Source: Candidatus Eiseniibacteriota bacterium
GTDB taxonomy: Bacteria > Eisenbacteria > RBG-16-71-46
Length of the DNA stretch: 64,000 bases
Assembly: GCA_963717505.1 (NCBI GenBank)
Contig: OY970342.1
Location: forward strand, 3,904,001 to 3,968,000
Direction: 5' to 3'
In this document: positions 53,628 through 63,203 of the stretch, one piece after another
Numbering within the stretch: position 1 is the first letter of the stretch
Layout: each line of letters starts with the position of its first letter
Notes under the pieces: model-generated
Seen by the model: the letters and a program-made list of their open reading frames with translations, nothing else
Told to the model about the DNA's origin: nothing
Database searches by the model: none
Made by a program: the position numbers and the translations under genes

Positions 53628-54557
53628 CTACGAAGCGGGCAGAGTTCGTTCCCGAACTTCGCCCGAGGACTCGAGCGAGAGGACGCGCTCCTCGAACGTC
53701 GCGATCTCGAAGCGTTCGGCAATCGCCTCGAGGGAGGTCTCCAGCAGCCGGAGCTTGTCCTCGAGCCGCCGGTGCATGCCAGGATGCGCAGCCAGCCGGG
53801 GATCGACGTGGTCTTCGCTGAGTCCGAGCGCGTCGACCGCGTGCAGCGGATAGGAAAGCGGAATGCCCTCCCCCGCCAGCCGATCGAGGATCCGGTGGAA
53901 GCGCGAATCCGACAGGTAGTAGCGCGCGGTGTGGTAGACCGGCAATCGAAGGCCGCGCGACACGGTGAGCGGGAACTCGATCAGGCTGCGGCCGTCGCAG
54001 ATCCAGCGGTGCGGCTCGCGCTCGAGCGTGAACGGCCAGCAGCGCAGCTGCAACGTCCGGCCGATGTCGCCGCCCTTGAGCGCCATGAACATCCGCGCCG
54101 GGAGCAGCAGCGGAGTCGGGTACGCCGAGGCGTCGTAGCGATATCCGGATTCGATCAATGCTGCGATGCCGCGGGCGTCGAGGTCGAAGTTGGGCGCCCG
54201 GAATCCGGTCACGGTCGCCCCGCTCGAACTCTCGAGCACGTTGCGCGAGGCAACCAGCTCGTCACGCATTGCCGCCGGGCTCAGCCGCGAGAACGCGAAC
54301 GGATGACTGAACGTATGGCTCGCGATCTCATGTCCGGCGGCAGCCACGGCCGCGATCGGCCCCGGGTTGGCCTGTGCGTCACGACCGACCACGAAGAACG
54401 TGGCGCGCACGCCGGCGCGGCGGAACAGTTGAACCAGCCGCGGCAACGCCACCGAATAGGCGAGCGGGTCGGGCGTGATCCCGGTGATGCCGTAGCCGGC
54501 CAGGTGCAGATCCACCGGATCCACGTCGACGCTGATGGTCGCCACCGGACGATTCAC
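53628..54557 (-). CDS. Polysaccharide deacetylase family protein
   Basis: SVDVD, ATFFVVG, GHEIASHT.SH, GFRAP, YDAS. Confidence 0.88.
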   Translation of the reverse strand: MNRPVATISVDVDPVDLHLAGYGITGITPDPLAYSVALPRLVQLFRRAGVRATFFVVGRDAQANPGPIAAVAAAGHEIASHTFSHPFAFSRLSPAAMRDELVASRNVLESSSGATVTGFRAPNFDLDARGIAALIESGYRYDASAYPTPLLLPARMFMALKGGDIGRTLQLRCWPFTLEREPHRWICDGRSLIEFPLTVSRGLRLPVYHTARYYLSDSRFHRILDRLAGEGIPLSYPLHAVDALGLSEDHVDPRLAAHPGMHRRLEDKLRLLETSLEAIAERFEIATFEERVLSLESSGEVRERTLPAS

Positions 54558-54845
54558 GAGCCCTCCCTGGAGTCACGCGGGATCCGGTCGGAAGCCGCCT
54601 TGGGATTCCCTAGCAGGGGGCGCGCCGCCGTCCGGGGGCTGGCGGCCGCCCGGAACCCCATATTATGGTATGCGCTCCAGCGCCCGATACCGTGCCGCAG
54701 CGGGCGGGGCGCGCGGACCCGGACGATCCTCGTTGCGAAACGCACGACGCAACGGCCCTGGCCGGCTCGCCGTCGTGACCGGTCGCGGCTCAAGCGGCTG
54801 GCGAACGCTCGCCTATGTTCCCCGGAAACTCTCAGCGGAGGCGGA

Positions 54846-56173
54846 ATGTCGCTGCATGCGGCGATCATCGGTGGCGGGATCTCGGGCCTGGCGAGCGCCG
54901 TCCGGGTCGCCGGGCTGGGCCACCGGGTGACGCTGTTCGAGGGCGAGGACTACCTGGGCGGCCTGGGCACCACATTCCCGTGGCGCGACCGGCACCTCGA
55001 GCGCTTCTACCACTGCATCCTCCCCAGCGACACAGCCTTGCTCGGGATGATCCGGGAGCTGGGCCTCGAGTCGCAGATGCTGTGGCGCGGGACGCGCATG
55101 GGCTTCATGTACCGGCGGCGCATCTACTCCCTGAACACGGCGTGGGATCTGCTGTCGTTCGGGCCGCTGACGCCGTTCGAGCGCGTGCGCATGGGGTTGC
55201 TCGGGCTGCGCGCGCGTTCGCACGGCCTGAGTCCCGAGCTGGACAGCGTCACCGCCGCCGATTGGCTGCGCGGTATGGCCGGCGACCGCGCGTTCAAGAT
55301 TCTGTGGCAGCCACTGCTGTCGGCCAAGATTGGCGATCGCTATGACTCGCTGCCCGCGCTCTGGGTGTCGAGCCGCATGAATCGCGAGAAGAGCACCGGG
55401 CCCGAGCGCAAGGGCTGCCTGACCGGCGGCTACAAGTCGTTGATCGATGCGTTCGAGCAACACCTGCGCGCCCGCGGCGCCGCGATCCAATTGAACACGC
55501 GGGTCGAGGAGATCGAGCGCCACGGCGAGCGCATGGTGCTCCGGCTCGCGGACGGTCGCCGGGAGAACTTCGACTACGTGGTGTCGACCTCGCCGTTGAT
55601 CCAGTTCCAGAGGATGACCCGGACGCTCGACCTCGACCCGGCGATCCGCGAGCTGCCGCTCGACTACCAGGGCGTGGTCAGCGGCGTGTTCCTCACCGAG
55701 AAGCCGCTCTCCCCCTACTACTGGATGCCGTTCGTCGACAGCGAGACCACGGCGCAGGGCGCGATCGAGATGTCGAACCTGGTGCCGCTCGGACGCGCGA
55801 ACGGGCTGCACGTGAACTACCTGGTCAACTACACGCACCGTTCGAGCGAGCTGTTTCAGCGCTCGGAGGACGAGCTGCTTGCGCGGCTACCGCACCGACC
55901 TCCTGGCTCTGTTCCCCGAGGCCGGGCGCAGCATCGTCGACCAGTATCCTGTTCCGGGCTCCGTTCGTCGAGCCGATCTGGACGCTGAACTACAACCAGG
56001 TCAAGCCACCGACCTCGGTGATCGCCGGCCGGCTCTATCTGTCGTGCACCGCGCAGGTCTACCCGCGCGTCAACTCGTGGAACTCGTGCTGCGAGGTGGT
56101 CGAGGAAATGTTGCCCGGTCTCGCCGCCGAGACGACGGCGGTGCACGCGACGCGCAGCTTAGGCGTAGCATGA
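54846..56173 (+). CDS. FAD-dependent oxidoreductase (amine oxidase/HemY-like); frameshifts near 3' end
   Basis: IIGGGISGL, LGGL, LERFYH; 3' part of ORF 52062..55988. Confidence 0.8.
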
Positions 56174-57028
56174 TCTAGGTCATCTTCCCGGCCTACAACG
56201 AAGCCAAGGTCATCCGCCCGACGCTGCTGGCGCTGGTCGCGGCCATGCGCGGCAGCAGCGAACCCTGGCACGCGGTGCTGGTCGACGACGGCAGCACCGA
56301 CGCGACGCTGGCCGAGGCCCAGCGCGCCGTGACCGAGAGCGGCGGCGTCCTGTCGCTCACCGTGCTCAAGCACGAGGTCAATCGCGGTCTCGGCGCCGGC
56401 CTGCGCACCGGCATCTACTGGTGCCTCGACCAGGCGGCGGAAGACGATGTGATCGTCACACTCGACGCCGACAACACGCACCCGCCGGCGTTGATCCCGT
56501 CGCTGGTGGCGCGCGCGCGCGACGGCTACGACCTGGCGATCGCCTCGCGCTATCGCGGCGGCTCCGAAGTCCACGGCGTGCCCGGCTACCGCCGCGCCCT
56601 GTCCGACGTCGGACGCCTGGTGTTCCAGGGGATGTTCCCGATTCCGGGCGTGCGCGACTACACCTGCTGCTTCCGCGCCTATCGGGTGCCGATCCTGCGC
56701 CGGGCGCGGCTCGTCTACGGCGACGAGCTGTGCACCGCGCGCGGCTTCGAGGCGGTGATGGACCTGCTGCTCAAGCTGCGGCCCGCTCGGCGTGCACGCG
56801 GTCGAGATCCCGTTCGTGCTCGACTACGGCGGCCGCGTCGGCCAGAGCAAGATGAAGGTGGCGAAGACGATCCGCACGACGCTGGCGCTGCTCGGACGCC
56901 GATTCGCCGAGCGCTTCGGCCGCCATTCGCGGCGCACGATCGGCGCCAAGATCGCGTCGGCCGAGCGAGCCGCCGCGATCCGCGACGGCCGCGCCGCAGA
57001 GGGTCGGGCGCGCGGAGACGCGCGGTGA
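56170..57028 (+). CDS. GT2 polyprenol-phosphate glycosyltransferase-like; TAG at codon 3 and a frameshift
   Basis: ATG ATC TAG GTC ATC TTC CCG GCC TAC AAC GAA = MI*VIFPAYNE; VDDGSTD, TLDADNTH, ASRY, D.T..FRAY. Confidence 0.85.
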
Positions 57029-58143
57029 CGATCGGAATCGTCGTCGGCACGCGACCCGAGATCATCAAGATGGCGCCGGTCGTGCGCGCCTGCCTCGCGC
57101 GCCGGGTGCCGTATCTGCTTGCTCCACACCGGCCAGCACTACAGCTTCGAGATGGACGGCGTGTTCTTCAAGGAGCTGGACCTGCCGGCGCCCGCACGTC
57201 AATCTCGAAGTCGGTTCGGGCACTCAGGCGTACCAGATCGGAAGCATCGTGCTCGGCATGGAGCCGATCCTGCGCGAGCGGCGGCCCGACGTCGTGCTGG
57301 TCGAAGGCGACACCAACTCGGTGCTCGCCGGCGCCCTGGCCGCGAACAAGCTGGGGGTTACGGTCGGTCACGTCGAAGCCGGGCTGCGCAGCTACGATCG
57401 CACCATGCCCGAGGAGATCAATCGCATCCTGACCGACCATCTCTCCGACTGGCTGTTCGCGCCGACCGAGGGTGCGCGCCGCCTGCTGCTCGGCGAAGGC
57501 ATCACCGGCGATCGCATCCACGTCACCGGCAACACCGTGGTCGACGAGCTGATGCTCCAGCGCGAGCGCGCCGAGCGCCCGGAGCTGTTCGGCCGCTTCG
57601 GCGTCGAGCCCGGACGCTACGCGGTCGCGACCGTGCACCGCGCCGAGAACGTGGACCACGAGGATCGCCTGCGCGGCATCTTCGACGGCCTGGCGGGGCG
57701 CCGCACGCGCTCTGGGCATTCCGGTGCTCGCCGCACTCCATCCGCGCACCTCCGCGCGCCTCGAGCGGCTGGGCGCGAAGTTCGACAATGGCGTACGTGC
57801 CCTGCCGCCGCTCGGCTACCTCGACTTCCTCGGACTTCACGCGCGCGCGGCACTGACGCTCACGGATTCCGGCGGACTCCAGGAAGAGGCGTGCTGCCTG
57901 GGCGTGCCGTGCGTCACCTTGCGCGACAACACCGAGCGACCGGAGTCGGTCGAGGTCGGCGCCAACATGCTGGCCGGGGCGGACGCCGGCCGCATCGTCG
58001 CCGCCGCGCAGGCGATGCTCGCGCGCGAGCGCGACTGGCCGAATCCTTTCGGCGACGGCGCGAGCGGATTGCGCATCGTGGATCTGCTGACCGGGGCCGC
58101 ACCGACCTCGGGCGCGCCACCCACCATGCCCCCGCGCGCGTGA
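57025..58143 (+). CDS. wecB: UDP-N-acetylglucosamine 2-epimerase (non-hydrolysing); frameshifted
   Basis: GTRPEIIK, HTGQHY, GDTNS, HVEAGLRS, PEEINR, HRAEN, TDSGGLQEEA, TERPE. Confidence 0.93.
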
Positions 58144-59633
58144 ACTCCCGGGCCTGGTGGACGCCGGCCCTGGCGCTGGCCCTGCTCTACCCTCTCGCGT
58201 TCATCGCGGTCGCGGTCCTGCGCATGGGACATCCGTTCGAGTTGGAATGGATGGAGGGCGGGGCACTCAGCCACGTCCAGCGCATCCTGGCCGGAAAACC
58301 TCTCTACATCGAGCCCTCGCTCGAGTTCACACCGTTCATCTATCCCCCGCTCTACTTTCACGTCTCGGCCTGGTTCGCGCGCGTCTTGGGCGCCGACTTC
58401 TTCGCGCTGCGTCTGGTGTCGTTTCTGTCGTCACTCGGCGCGATCGCACTGATCTTCGCCATCGTCCGCCGGCGCACGGGCGGACTGCTTGCGCCGACGC
58501 TGGCTGCGTGCCTGTTTGCCGCCAGCTACCGCGAGGGCGGCGCCTGGTTCGATGTTGCGCGCAACGACGCTTTGTATTTGTTTCTGTTACTGGCCGGAGT
58601 CTGGGCGTTGATGCGTCCAGGCTCGCCGTGGCTGGCCGGCGCCCTGGGCGGAATCGGCTTCGCGCTCAGTGCGCTGACCAAGCAATCGGCGTTATTCGTC
58701 GCGGTGCCGGTCGGAGTCTGGCTGCTGGCCACCGAGTGGCGGCGCGGCGCGGCGTTCACGCTCGCGTTCGCCGCACTCGCCGGCGGGGCCACGCTTTGGC
58801 TCGATCAGGCCTCGGGTGGCTGGTATCGCTACTACGTCTTCGAACTGCCGCGCGACCATCCGATCATCGGCCAGCTCCTGCGCGGCTTCTGGACCGCGGA
58901 GTACCTCGGCGTCTACGGGCTGGCGCTCGCGATCGCGGCGTTTCGCTTCGTGAAAGCGCCGCTCGGCGAGTGGCGCCGGACCGGGCTCGACCTGGTCCTG
59001 CTGGCATCGCTGATCCTGACCGCCTACGCGACCAAGGTCCGGGTCGGGAGCTTCGACAACCTGATCCTGCCGGCCCACGTCGCCGCCAGCCTCGGTCTCG
59101 GCTGGGGGCTCGGCGCGCTGCTCGAGTACGCGCGCGGGCTGCCCGAGGAGCGTGGGCGGTCGCTCGAGCGATTCGCGGCACTTCTGTGCATCGCTACGTT
59201 CACGCTGACTCTGTACAAGCCTTGGCGGCAATTGCCGCCGGCTGGCGACGTCGAGGCTGGAAACCAGATTGTCGAGAGCCTGCGACGGGTCGAAGGCGAC
59301 GTTTGGGTGCCGAGCCATCCGTATCTCGCCGAGCGCGCGGGCAAGCCCGGGCACGCGCACGAGCTGGCGATCACCGACGTGCTCCGGCCGGTGGATTCGC
59401 CGCAGCACGCGAAGCTCATGGCGTCACTGCGCGAAGCGTTGCGCGAGCGGCGCTGGCAGGTGGTGGTGTTGGACCATGTCGGCTGGCTCAAAGACGAGGT
59501 CCAGCCCTACTACGAGCACAAAGCCCAGATGTTCGGCGACGATGAGTCCGATCGCTTCTGGCCGGCGACCGGCTATCACACGAGACCGGACTTCGTGTGG
59601 GCCGCCAAAGCGGATAGCTCCGGCCTTCCCTGA
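58140..59633 (+). CDS. GT-C (ArnT/GT39-like) membrane glycosyltransferase
   Basis: LEWMEG, YPPLY, RLVS, ARND, LTKQ; polytopic. Confidence 0.75.
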   Translation: MNSRAWWTPALALALLYPLAFIAVAVLRMGHPFELEWMEGGALSHVQRILAGKPLYIEPSLEFTPFIYPPLYFHVSAWFARVLGADFFALRLVSFLSSLGAIALIFAIVRRRTGGLLAPTLAACLFAASYREGGAWFDVARNDALYLFLLLAGVWALMRPGSPWLAGALGGIGFALSALTKQSALFVAVPVGVWLLATEWRRGAAFTLAFAALAGGATLWLDQASGGWYRYYVFELPRDHPIIGQLLRGFWTAEYLGVYGLALAIAAFRFVKAPLGEWRRTGLDLVLLASLILTAYATKVRVGSFDNLILPAHVAASLGLGWGLGALLEYARGLPEERGRSLERFAALLCIATFTLTLYKPWRQLPPAGDVEAGNQIVESLRRVEGDVWVPSHPYLAERAGKPGHAHELAITDVLRPVDSPQHAKLMASLREALRERRWQVVVLDHVGWLKDEVQPYYEHKAQMFGDDESDRFWPATGYHTRPDFVWAAKADSSGLP

Positions 59634-59912
59634 CTTCTCTTGTGCTACACGAATTTGGCTCTTGACTTGGACCGGGCGCAGGTCGATCTTCCGGGCACGG
59701 GCGTACGAGGCATCGAGCGACTGCTCTGCCGTCCGCTGACGCGCTGAATCCGCGCGAGAACGACACGCCCGAAATCACTTCGATCGGCCGCTACCACCCT
59801 CGCCTCGCTTCCCCGCCGCGCCCGACCGTCAGATTGGGGCCGCGCGTTGCTCTCGGCGAACTCGGCGCAACCATCCCGACCGGGCCATGACCGGGTCATG
59901 GGAGCGTTCGCG

Positions 59913-62891
59913 ATGCGAATGTTCGTGGGGCTGTCGTTCCTGGTGGTGTTGCCCGTTGCCCTGAGCGGCGCGCCGGCGGAGTGCGCCAAGCGCTTCGATC
60001 CGGACGGCCTGACCGTCGAGCAGTGGCGCCAGCTGATGCCCGGGTACTTCCCTCCATCCGACGGCAATCCGCGCGTGGCGCCACTGGCGATTCCGGACGT
60101 CTTCGGTCCGGGGGCGGTGCTGCGGGTTGGCAACGTCCACATGAAGGTGACCAACTTCGGGCACTGCGGCAACTGGTACGGGCACCCCTCCGACGACCCG
60201 GGAGCGCAGTGGCCCGCGGCTTCGGGCGTCCAGTACCTGGAGACCATCCGCCTGTCGGTGGCGGCAGTGAATCCCACCGCCACCGACCCCAACGCCGTTC
60301 GGCGCGTCAGCTATTTCAGGGAATGGCGGCCGCAGACGCTGGACCCGGAAGACCGGATCTACCGCGCGTACGACGGCGCCATCAACTCCTCTCGGTTTGC
60401 CAACGACGACGGTGACGTGACCGCGGACCCCTACGGGTGCGAGATCCCGCCCTGCCAGAGCGTCGACGAGGATTTCCACGACGGCCGAGACAACGACCGC
60501 GACGGCCTGATCGACGAGGACTTCGCGGCGCTCGGTCAGGAGACCTACTCGTGCGTGATCTGGGACAACACGATCGAAGCGATCAACTTTGTGCAGCCGG
60601 AGAAACATGTGCCGCTCGGCCTCGAGTGCCGGCAGCGCGCTTGGGCCTATTCGGTGGCCGGGTTTCAGGACTTCAATGTGATCGAGTGGGAGATCTTCAA
60701 CCGGTCGGGCTCGACCCTCGACAGCATCTACGTCGGCGGACTGGTGAACATGGACGCGGGCCCGCTCGAGCTCTCCAACTTCTTCAACGAGGATTTTGAC
60801 GTTCCGACGTTCCCGCAAGGTGAGTTTCCGATCATCGTAGGCAGCGAGCTCGGCACGCTGGTGGATCCCTTGCGCCGGCAGTTCCCGCACCACCCGGAGC
60901 TGGATGGCTCCCTGGTCGGCAGTGGTGCGGATTCGGCCCTATGTCCGCGAGCCAACATCCGGGTCAACGGCTTCTCGGTGATCGACGACAACGGCGACGA
61001 GGGCCGATCTCAGGGGGTCGGCTCCTTTCTCCTCGTCTCCCATACCACCGATCCCACGGGTGAGACCGGCCCGCAGCGCGTTGGCTTCCGGGCGTTTCGT
61101 TCGTTCCTGTCCAGCGCTCCGTTCGCGCAGGGCGGGTTTCCGACCCTGGATGCCGAGCGGTTCTCGTTCATGTCGGGAAACGCCATCACCAACGTCGGGG
61201 ACGACGGCTTCATCAACGCACCGCCCGGCGACCAGAAAGGGGACTTCTTCAACTACTGGTCGTGCGGTCCGTGGCTCAAGGTTCCCGACGGTGGCCGAAT
61301 TGTGGTGACGGTCGCCTTCGCCGTTCACCCAGCAACCTACGCAGATATGCTGGAGTGGCCTCAGGACCTTCAGCGGTACAAGTCCGGCGCGATGTCGGCC
61401 GAGGGCCTGATGCAACGGTACCCGGCCCTGCGCAACGCGTTCAATGTGCAGCTCGCGTACGAGGGCGTGCACGAGAGGCGCGAGGGCTTCGGTTACTCGG
61501 ACTTCCAGGCGCCCGACTACCACGGTCGCGAGTCCAAACGGCAGATCACGCCCGGCGGCCCCCCGCAGTACCTCTCCGACTGCCGCGACATCGAGCTGGG
61601 CCGGACCCGCCAGGTGACCGATCGCGAGCCGACCTGGTTCGACTTCGATTGCGACTACTGCACGGGAGTCTGGGACTACGAGATGGGCGCCGCTGACTTC
61701 CGCAACGGTGGGCTGTTCCACAAGCACTGGAACGCCGAAGCGCCGCCGCCCAATCCTGCGCTCAACGTGGGTGCGGCCTACAACTACACCGACAACGCGG
61801 GGCGTTCCGTGGTTCCCAGCGGCGACAACCAGATCACGCTGGCGTGGAACAACCTGTCCGAGGTGACGCCGGATCCCAAGTCGGGCTGGCTGGACTTCCG
61901 TGGCTACCGGCTGTGGAAGGTGTCCGACTGGAGGCGGCCGGTGGGTGCGTCGGGTCCCGAGGATGCGGACTGGACCCTGCTCGGCGAGTTCCGGCAGTTC
62001 CGCTACTACGATGCCAATCGTCCGATCACCGACAACCGTTTTGTCGACGGCGCGGGCGACACGGTGTGCCCACGGGTGTTCATTCCGAATCACGTGGACC
62101 CGGTCTCCGGCGCAGTCGGGCCGGCGACAGTGCCGATCTGTCTCCAACGCGGGGATCTGTGGAATCGACAGAACGGCCAGGTCATCCCGCCGGATCGCAG
62201 TCTGCCCTGCGATCAGGACACGCTCGGCAACTGCATCACGGTCAGAGGCTGCATCGTCCACCGCTCGCCGTGTCTCACCGTTTCAAACCAGGAAACCGTG
62301 ACGCAGTACCCGATCGGCTACTACCGGTACGTCGATCGCGAGGTCAAGAACGGCTTCATGTATTTCTACTCGGTCACCGCGTTCGACTCGACCACCGAGC
62401 TGGGCCGGACGACCGAACTGGGCGGCCGTCGTTCCGCGGTCGAGGCCGAAGGGGTGGTGCCGGAAGCCTCGGTCAAGACCGGCCAGGCGGTGTGGGTGGT
62501 CCCGAACCCGTATCGCGGCTACGCGAACATCTCGGATCGGCCATCGTCGTGGGACATGACGCCGAACGCGTCGGACCCGACCGGAACACACATCGACTTC
62601 ATGGGGCTGCCGGCCGGGCGCTGGACGATTCGGATCTACACGGTGTCGGGAGATCTGGTCGAGGAATTGCACTCAGACGACGCGGTGAACGAATCGGTGC
62701 GGCCGGCGCTCCTGTCCCCGGACGGCACCTCGGTACCGGGTTACAACCGGCAGCAGGACTACGCCAACGACGGACAGGCGCGCTGGAACCTGATCACCCG
62801 CAATGGCCAGGACATCGTCAGCGGGATCTATTTGTTCACGGTCGAGTCCGGCGAGGGGACACAGCGGGGACGGTTCGTCGTGATTCGGTAG
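59913..62891 (+). CDS. Large secreted protein with Ca-binding-like loops, FN3-like segment and T9SS-like C-terminal domain
   Basis: Signal peptide; DGRDNDRDGLIDED; F.GY..W...Y.Y.VTAFD; VVPNPY...IRIYT..GDLV...WNL..RNGQ...SG.Y. Confidence 0.75.
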   Translation: MRMFVGLSFLVVLPVALSGAPAECAKRFDPDGLTVEQWRQLMPGYFPPSDGNPRVAPLAIPDVFGPGAVLRVGNVHMKVTNFGHCGNWYGHPSDDPGAQWPAASGVQYLETIRLSVAAVNPTATDPNAVRRVSYFREWRPQTLDPEDRIYRAYDGAINSSRFANDDGDVTADPYGCEIPPCQSVDEDFHDGRDNDRDGLIDEDFAALGQETYSCVIWDNTIEAINFVQPEKHVPLGLECRQRAWAYSVAGFQDFNVIEWEIFNRSGSTLDSIYVGGLVNMDAGPLELSNFFNEDFDVPTFPQGEFPIIVGSELGTLVDPLRRQFPHHPELDGSLVGSGADSALCPRANIRVNGFSVIDDNGDEGRSQGVGSFLLVSHTTDPTGETGPQRVGFRAFRSFLSSAPFAQGGFPTLDAERFSFMSGNAITNVGDDGFINAPPGDQKGDFFNYWSCGPWLKVPDGGRIVVTVAFAVHPATYADMLEWPQDLQRYKSGAMSAEGLMQRYPALRNAFNVQLAYEGVHERREGFGYSDFQAPDYHGRESKRQITPGGPPQYLSDCRDIELGRTRQVTDREPTWFDFDCDYCTGVWDYEMGAADFRNGGLFHKHWNAEAPPPNPALNVGAAYNYTDNAGRSVVPSGDNQITLAWNNLSEVTPDPKSGWLDFRGYRLWKVSDWRRPVGASGPEDADWTLLGEFRQFRYYDANRPITDNRFVDGAGDTVCPRVFIPNHVDPVSGAVGPATVPICLQRGDLWNRQNGQVIPPDRSLPCDQDTLGNCITVRGCIVHRSPCLTVSNQETVTQYPIGYYRYVDREVKNGFMYFYSVTAFDSTTELGRTTELGGRRSAVEAEGVVPEASVKTGQAVWVVPNPYRGYANISDRPSSWDMTPNASDPTGTHIDFMGLPAGRWTIRIYTVSGDLVEELHSDDAVNESVRPALLSPDGTSVPGYNRQQDYANDGQARWNLITRNGQDIVSGIYLFTVESGEGTQRGRFVVIR

Positions 62892-63050
62892 CGATTTCGG
62901 GTGACGCGTCCTGGGCCGCGCGTCCGGCGTTGCGGCGCTGACAATAATTTGACTTGACGCGTTTTCGAGGCTTGCCGACGACGCTTCGCCGAGTGGTCAT
63001 GGATTCGCGCTGGAGCGAAACCGTCGGGCGTACAGACGCGTTCACCTCCG

Positions 63051-63125
63051 ATCACACTTGCGATCGCGAAGCGCATCGCGTTTCGCACTCCTCGCGCAAG
63101 CGTGAGCGTCGCAAAGTGGCGTGAT
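63051..63125 (+). other. Predicted three-way-junction RNA/ssDNA structure upstream of DUF222-type gene
   Basis: Closing stem 63051-63063/63109-63125, hairpins 63066-63086 and 63091-63106, each with one G-U pair. Confidence 0.35.
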
Positions 63126-63203
63126 AGGAATACCTCGCCCTCGCGTCCGCCTGATCATCGATCAGGCAATTCAAATGCGCGCCCCCGAAGAAAGTGATTT
63201 CCG

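Noticed and set aside
52062-54845. 5' two-thirds of the 1308-aa + strand ORF
   Set aside because: Shadow frame of the DUF4139 and deacetylase genes; only the part from ATG 54846 is a real gene
57249-59633. Apparent WecB-GT-C fusion (794 aa)
   Set aside because: Frameshift near 57700; WecB C-terminus is in another frame ending 58143
59634-59912. Folded leader upstream of the large secreted protein (GGGCGT/ACGCCC closing stem)
   Set aside because: Short GC-rich stems, no match to riboswitch consensus I know
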